DNA of 64,000 nucleotides, from the NCBI GenBank assembly GCA_020137815.1, contig CM035361.1, positions 1,426,001 to 1,490,000 of the forward strand. The letters are read 5' to 3'. Position 1 is the first letter of the stretch. The number at the start of each line of letters is the position of its first letter. Source of the stretch: Hormiphora californensis (lineage: Eukaryota; Animalia; Ctenophora). Of the stretch, positions 60,622 through 64,000 are shown piece after piece. The translations under genes and the position numbers were made by a program. The notes beneath the pieces are model-generated. The model saw only the letters and a program-made list of their open reading frames with translations. It had not been told where the DNA came from and ran no database searches.

Positions 60622-61197
60622 ATGACGAACCAGAATCAGACTGCAGCCGTGGGAAGTACCACCAGTACACAGACTCCAGAACCTTCTCCGACAAGAAGTA
60701 GCTCAAAGAACGAATCAACCCAGAGTAATGTAGGAACTCAGGATAATACTACTGGAAATCAGAATAATGTAGGAACACAGAAATACGGTTCAGTAGAGAC
60801 TGGGGAGGAAGAGAAGGAGATGAAATCAGAAAAGACGTGGCATCTGTTCCTGGCTTTAGTTTCCATCTGTCTCATACACATGGGTAGGTACAGATCTTAT
60901 TCTCCTGTCTGGCAGCACCAGAATCTGTTTTGAATTCTTCATTCGGTGCTCAGATTGGGGTCTGCTGTGCCAGACTCTCTGTCCCCTTTATTACTTCCTC
61001 TCTCTGGGTTCGAATATATGGATGGATACAAGACGAGATAGACAATACGTTTCATTTCCTGTCATACCATAATGAATAACTTTCAAGCTCTATCCTCTCT
61101 CTTTAGTTCATGTAACAATCTCTCCTTTACTCTTCCACTAGTTAGTGTAACAATCTCTCCTTTACTCTCTCATTAGTTAATGTAACAATCTCTCCTT

Positions 61198-61232
<35 letters not shown>

Positions 61233-62152
61233 GTTAATGTAACAATCTCTCCTTTACTCTCTCTAGTTAATGTAACAATCTCTCCTTTACTCTCTCCCAC
61301 TAGTTAATGTAACAATCTCACCCAGGTGACGCAGTGGAAATCTACCTTCCCTCTGTTCTAGTCCAAGAGATTGGCTGTGACATGTCCCTTACTAGTACTC
61401 AACAGGGGTTTCTAAGTGTCGCCTTCTACACCTGCTATGCAATAGGTAATTTGAAATGGGGAGGAAAACAGAAGTTCAGGTCCGGAACTTCAGGGATAAT
61501 ACAGGGATAAGGGAAACGATCTCAATCGTGATTGTATATGTTTGTAAAATGAGTTTAACCCCCATTATGTCCCACTAGGTACCCTAGTATCAGGAGTGTT
61601 TGCAGGACACTAGTTAATGTAACAATCTCCCCTTTACTCTCTCTTTAGTTCATGTAACAATCTCTCCTTCCAGGTACCCTGGTATCAGGAGTGTTTGCAG
61701 GACAAATAGGAAGGAGGAAGACCATCATTCTCTCAGTATCCCTCTCTTTCATAGTCTCCATCTCTGCTGCTGTGGCCCATACCTTTAACACACTTCTGAT
61801 CAGTAGGATTCTAACTGGCATGCTGGTATGAGAGGGGGTGTGGGAGAGTGCGTTCCATAGTTTCATATTCACATTTTAGTATTTCAATGTGTTAATAGCT
61901 CCTCGCAACCGTGAGTAGAGCACTCTCCGGGACAAGGACCATCAACAATATTTCAATATTATCAGTTTCATTCTAAGATCTTTCTTTAGAACTGTTTGTT
62001 TCAAGTTGGCAAATGATCACATCTCTCCAATGTCTACAGGTGGGCTCCAACTACAGTATAACCAACATTTACTGGTGTGAACTGAGCAGCGGGCTAAAGA
62101 TCAAGAATACTGGAATACTACTGGCTAGCCTCTCTTTCAGCTTCGGAGCAGG
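60622..62152 (+). CDS. SVOP-like (SV2-related) MFS transporter, N-terminal exons 60622-60883, 61326-61445, 61674-61825, 62040-62152
   Basis: Spliced product TWHLFLALVSICLIHMGDAVEIYLPSVLVQEIGCDMSLTSTQQGFLS...FAGQIGRRKT...SRILTG...YWCE follows the SVOP pattern (ADAME...LHCEW...DQYGRK...RGLVG...YAE). Continues beyond the window. Confidence 0.8.
61105..61320. repeat. Degenerate tandem repeat of branchpoint/pyrimidine tract upstream of an SVOP-like acceptor
   Basis: About 6 copies of tagttaatgtaacaatctctcctttactct; two more at about 61611-61670. Confidence 0.8.
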
Positions 62153-62249
62153 GTAATAACAAAGATTTAGCTGAACTGAAATCAAAGATTTGAAGTGGAT
62201 TTCGGATAAAAGTTTCCCACATCATCATCAAGGAAGATGGAGTCATTGC

Positions 62250-64000
62250 CTTCTTCTTCTTCTTCTGGGAGGACGCTGGCTAGTGCGAAGCACTAGCCAG
62301 TAAGGGGTGGGTGCCATGAGGCTCCCGTTCCCCGTCCTGGGTGGTGTGGCTGGTATGTTGCCAACTGCTTCGGCCCAAGGAGGACTTGGGGAGCTGGTGC
62401 CATACCAAGTCACAGGGAAACCTCCCTTTAAGGGGTGGTTTCAGGGGGGTGAAGTATCTCCATCGCCTTCTTATAGCAACGAGATCGTTTTTCTAAGGGG
62501 TTGATGGTGTCATAATTTCGTACATGCTGAGGCCCCAGCCTGTCAAAGGATTCCTGTCGGAGTTTCCAAAGGGCGGGGCATTCAGTTAGTACATGCTTAT
62601 TGTCCTCGTCTTCCCATCCCACATGCTGCACAGGTTGTGGTCTCGACTTTTTTTAATTTTTTCATGTGGTAGTTAAGGTGGCAGTGCCCTGTGAGTAGGT
62701 GTGTCGCCGCCCTTAGGTCTGTTCTATTAAGTTTTTGAAGAGGTCTCTCATATCTTTCGGTCCACATCATGTCCATATGTTTGGTTTGTTTGATGGGTCC
62801 GGTTTTAACCTTCTCCCTGAGGGCTGCATAGGCTGCCGCTTTGGGAATTGGTATGAGAGTAACTTCTTCGATTTCCTGAGCACCCCTTTTTGCCAAGATG
62901 TCTGCTATTTCGTTTCCATCGTACCCTTGATGGGCCGGGATCCATCTAATCATGACATCGTTGAATATGGCCAGGGTGTTCAGATTTTTGATAGTCTTTA
63001 TCGTGGTTTTTGATCTGCATGTCGTGGAGTCTAGGGTCTTTATTGTCCCTTGACTGTCACAGTTTATGAGTATTCGCTCGTTAGCTGTTCCCCTATCCAG
63101 GAGATATTGAGCCGTCTGTTGTATGGCATACATTTCTGCCGCCGGGACAGTTCCTTCGGGGCCTAGGTTATACGAATTTCGAGCTAGCTCTGTTTCGCCA
63201 GAGTGGATAATGTATCCTGCACCGGCATTGTTGTTAATTTTTGACCCATCAGTGTGTGCAACTATCGTGTACTTGTCTCCATCCTCCAAAAACGTCTCCC
63301 TTTCTGGGATCTCTAACGAGAATTCCCTGTCTAGGGTGAGTTCCGGGGTTGTGAGATCGTGACATCTGCCCTCTGCTTCCAGAGTTCTGAGATCACGTGA
63401 TACCGTGTTGGCATGCGAAGTGAACACTTTTGGGGTCTTTAGGTCTGATTTTATTGGCCCTTCCCATTCCTCCCGTTGCCATTAGGGTGTATGCAGTTTT
63501 GGCTGCACAGTACCTCAGATGGTCGGTGATCGGGGCGGTGTTTGTGATTGTGTCTAGGGCTGTTGATGGCGTCGAGGGCATGGCCCCAGTTACCATCTTG
63601 AGTGCTAGCCTCTGTACCCTTATCATGTTTTCTTTGTTTGTTTTGGTTCGCATTGCATTAGCCCAGACCATTGCCCCGTAGCATAAGGTGGGTCTCACTA
63701 TTGCAGTGTATATCCATAGGGCCGTTTTAGGGTTTAGTCCCCACGTGGGTCCCACCACTTTACGGCACTGCATCAGGATATTTTTTGCTTTTTTTATTTG
63801 TTTGTTTACGTGCTCGTTCCAGTTCAGTTTGCTGTCAAGGGTAATCCCTAGAAACTTCGTGGATTCGGACACTTTGATAGGGTTGCCCTGAATTTTGATC
63901 GGGTTTCCAATTTTCACATTTTTTCGATGGGTGAATATGACTACATGCGATTTCAGGGCACTTAGTTTGAGCCCTACTGTCTTACACCAGGCGTTTATGG
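62250..64000 (-). mobile_element. RNase H-bearing LINE (R1/LOA/I group), frameshifted, with (GAA)n tail
   Basis: RT thumb (KFLGITLDSKLNW, YTAIVRP...YGAMVW), RNase H (TDGS, AE..AI, DSQ, WIPAH.G..GNE.AD.LAK), CxxC..E...H...C knuckle; frameshifts near 63430 and 62615. Confidence 0.9.

Noticed and set aside
60954-61048. Possible extra exon of the SVOP-like gene
   Set aside because: It overlaps a small hairpin repeat, and exons 1 and 2 already join in frame to match the SVOP pattern.

Overview
Eukaryotic, intron-rich animal DNA, probably a ctenophore such as Pleurobrachia (inferred from memory of the repeat families, not searched). The backbone is a minus-strand HECTD1 E3 ubiquitin ligase gene: 35 exons traced from 58464 to 12024, with the N-terminal half outside the window. 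A minus-strand SLC18B1-like MFS transporter lies at 261-2445. HECTD1 introns host four opposite-strand passengers (a secreted sushi-repeat gene, an orphan ORF, tRNA-Ala and, beyond the last traced exon, an SVOP-like transporter) plus many transposons. Three things stand out. (1) A young RTEX-like LINE was hit by two unrelated palindromic DNA transposons, and the 2.09-kb segment between them is triplicated direct-inverted-direct. Both turn-arounds lie inside the palindromes, whose centres are flipped; this is either rolling-hairpin/ODIRA-like amplification or an amplification/assembly artefact. (2) HECTD1 splice junctions are themselves amplified into minisatellites: about 197 copies of a 33-bp (11-codon) exon-end plus donor unit, about 19 copies of a branchpoint-pyrimidine-AG unit, and several smaller cases. 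(3) The LINE ORF1 is very long and appears to carry degenerate AlkB-like and SGNH-like folds plus hydrophobic segments. No CRISPR array or rRNA was found.
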